This document shows positions 14,827-16,291 of a stretch of 16,291 bases of DNA, in pieces. Origin of the DNA: Candidatus Iainarchaeum sp. (GTDB taxonomy: Archaea > Iainarchaeota > Iainarchaeia > Iainarchaeales > Iainarchaeaceae); NCBI GenBank assembly GCA_038895675.1, contig JAWANB010000011.1, positions 5,958 through 22,248 of the forward strand. Reading direction: 5' to 3'. The notes below the pieces were generated by a model that worked only from the letters and a program-made list of their open reading frames with translations, was not told the DNA's origin and made no database searches. A program made the position numbers and the translations under genes. Position 1 is the first letter of the stretch. Each line of letters begins with the position of its first letter.

Positions 14827-15530
14827 AAAGGTTTTGCGCTAGTTGTGGCAAAGAAACCAACGATTTGATTTCGAGTTTGTGTAGTGTTTGTTATCTTAAA
14901 AATTATAAAGTGGTTGAGTTGCCTGACAAAATTTTGGTTGATGTTGATAAGAAAACAGGAAAGTTTCGTTTTGGTCGTTATTGGCTTTACCCAGAAGAAT
15001 CGGTCATTTATTCTTTTTTAAGAGACAAGCTTGAAAAATCCTTGGTTCAGAAAAAATTACCTCTCTTAAGCTTAAAAGTTAGTTTGGCTTATAGTGAAAA
15101 AAAAATTTTGTGTAATCTGCTTTTTGAAACTAAAATTGATAATGTTTTGTTGCAGGTTTCTAAAGACCTGGTTCTTGTTCTAAACTCTACTATTTCTGAT
15201 TCTTCAATGAAACTGAGTTCTAATTATCATGAAGCAATAATTCAAATAAGGTTCCTTGAAAAACATGATAAGGTTCAAGAGAAAGAGAAGTTACGTGAAA
15301 TGCTTTCTGTTTTGCGTAAGTATAAAACTAAAGACGAGTTGTCAGAGGCTGTTGATATTAAGCAAGTTAAAGGCGGTGTTGACGTTTTTGTTGGTTCTAA
15401 AAAGGCTGCAAAAAAAGTTTCTGAGTACCTTGCAAAAAAATACGGCATTAAAATAATTTATTCTAACAAGTTGTTGGGCTTGAAGGAAGGTAAGGAGTAT
15501 TTTAGAGATTATTTTTGCTTGAAATTTTGA
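14823..15530 (+). CDS. NMD3-family ribosome biogenesis protein (short archaeal form)
   Basis: FCASCG...LCSVCY, NYHEAIIQIR, GGVDVFVGSKKAA, SNKLLG.KEGK.YFR; GTG start with AAGGGTG upstream. Confidence 0.85.
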   Translation: MKRFCASCGKETNDLISSLCSVCYLKNYKVVELPDKILVDVDKKTGKFRFGRYWLYPEESVIYSFLRDKLEKSLVQKKLPLLSLKVSLAYSEKKILCNLLFETKIDNVLLQVSKDLVLVLNSTISDSSMKLSSNYHEAIIQIRFLEKHDKVQEKEKLREMLSVLRKYKTKDELSEAVDIKQVKGGVDVFVGSKKAAKKVSEYLAKKYGIKIIYSNKLLGLKEGKEYFRDYFCLKF

Positions 15531-15559
15531 AATCTTTTATTTCTTTGTCTTTTATTTTT

Positions 15560-16258
15560 TCAGACAAGGCTCTCAAGTTTTTTTCGTATTTCTTCTAATG
15601 GCATGGTTGTTATTAGTAATGGTATTTTTTCTCTTTCTGCTATCTGTTGTGCTATCGGGTCTATCTTTTCTAGCCCATACAACACTACTATTGCTGGTTT
15701 CATTTCTGTTGAAAATCTTCCTACTTTAACTGCTATCATTGGGCTTCTTCCAGTTCCTACTTGTAGGAATATTAGTGCTCTTTCTGGTGTTTTTCCGTAC
15801 ATTTTTATGTAATCATGGACTTGCACATCTAAAATTACTTTTAGCGAATCAATGAAAGTGTAACCATAAACTTTTGTTTCTTTTAGTTTTCCTGGATTTG
15901 CCACGCATTGTGCGTTAAGCAATTCCGCAAAAGTTTTCCCGTCAATTGCTTTTGAAAATTCTCCTAACTCAAATATGTCTGACTTTGGTGAAAAATTCAT
16001 TTCAAGTTGTTTTTTTACTTTGCCTCCTCTTCTTTTGTCTATTTCTAATAAGCTTTCAACGAGCCTTGCTACTACTCCTATCCCTGGACTTTTTCTTCTT
16101 CCACCTTCGTAATCAGAAATAGTTGATGGCGATATTTTGAGTTCTTCTGCTAGTTCTGTCTGGCTTATACCAAATATTTCTCTCCATTTTTTCATGCTTG
16201 AGCCAGGATCTTTTGAAAGTGCTATTTCTCCTGCAATTAAAGTAGCTAATTGTTCCAT
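15560..16258 (-). CDS. XRE-HTH predicted transcriptional regulator (COG1709-like, DRTGG-like C-terminal domain)
   Basis: IAGEIALSKDPG..MKKWREIFGISQTELA..LKISPSTISDYEGGRRKSPG, YGYTFIDSLK, RALIF..VGTGRSPMIAVK, AEREKIPL. Confidence 0.9.
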   Translation of the reverse strand: MEQLATLIAGEIALSKDPGSSMKKWREIFGISQTELAEELKISPSTISDYEGGRRKSPGIGVVARLVESLLEIDKRRGGKVKKQLEMNFSPKSDIFELGEFSKAIDGKTFAELLNAQCVANPGKLKETKVYGYTFIDSLKVILDVQVHDYIKMYGKTPERALIFLQVGTGRSPMIAVKVGRFSTEMKPAIVVLYGLEKIDPIAQQIAEREKIPLLITTMPLEEIRKKLESLV

Positions 16259-16291
16259 GTTATAATAGCATCTCCAAAAAATAAAAGCTTT

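Noticed and set aside
240..15812. Many overlapping or antisense ORFs in the track (e.g. 240-422, 1944-2315, 3129-3476, 5164-5712, 7425-7997, 8134-8493, 15603-15812)
   Set aside because: They shadow well-supported genes, have no motifs, and are L/F-rich or K/N/T-rich as expected from the strand bias, which depletes stops in some frames.

Overview
Archaeal housekeeping region, AT-rich with strong T/G bias on the + strand. A DPANN-type origin such as Iainarchaeota/Diapherotrites is plausible but is inference only. It begins with the 3' part of ppsA, converging on tRNA-Val(GAC) and tRNA-Ala(GGC). Next is a split version of the conserved archaeal exosome/proteasome superoperon. Its minus-strand arm is rpl15e-rpp30-[HD hydrolase]-pop5, followed by the tRNAs. 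Its plus-strand arm is psmA-SBDS-rrp4-rrp41-rrp42-rpl37ae-rpoP-pcc1-pfdB-DHH, and a MinD-Sm pair sits between the arms. Downstream are a lone bacterial-type ribBA, a DUF1699-like HTH gene, a coupled beta-CASP RNase / membrane protein / NMD3 unit, and a convergent COG1709-like regulator. I saw no mobile element, CRISPR or defence system. Best leads: the HD hydrolase coupled between two RNase P protein genes, the nuclease-membrane-NMD3 triplet (NMD3 has lost one Zn site), non-canonical 15:48 pairs in both tRNAs, and strand-specific codon usage. All calls come from motif recognition; no searches were run.
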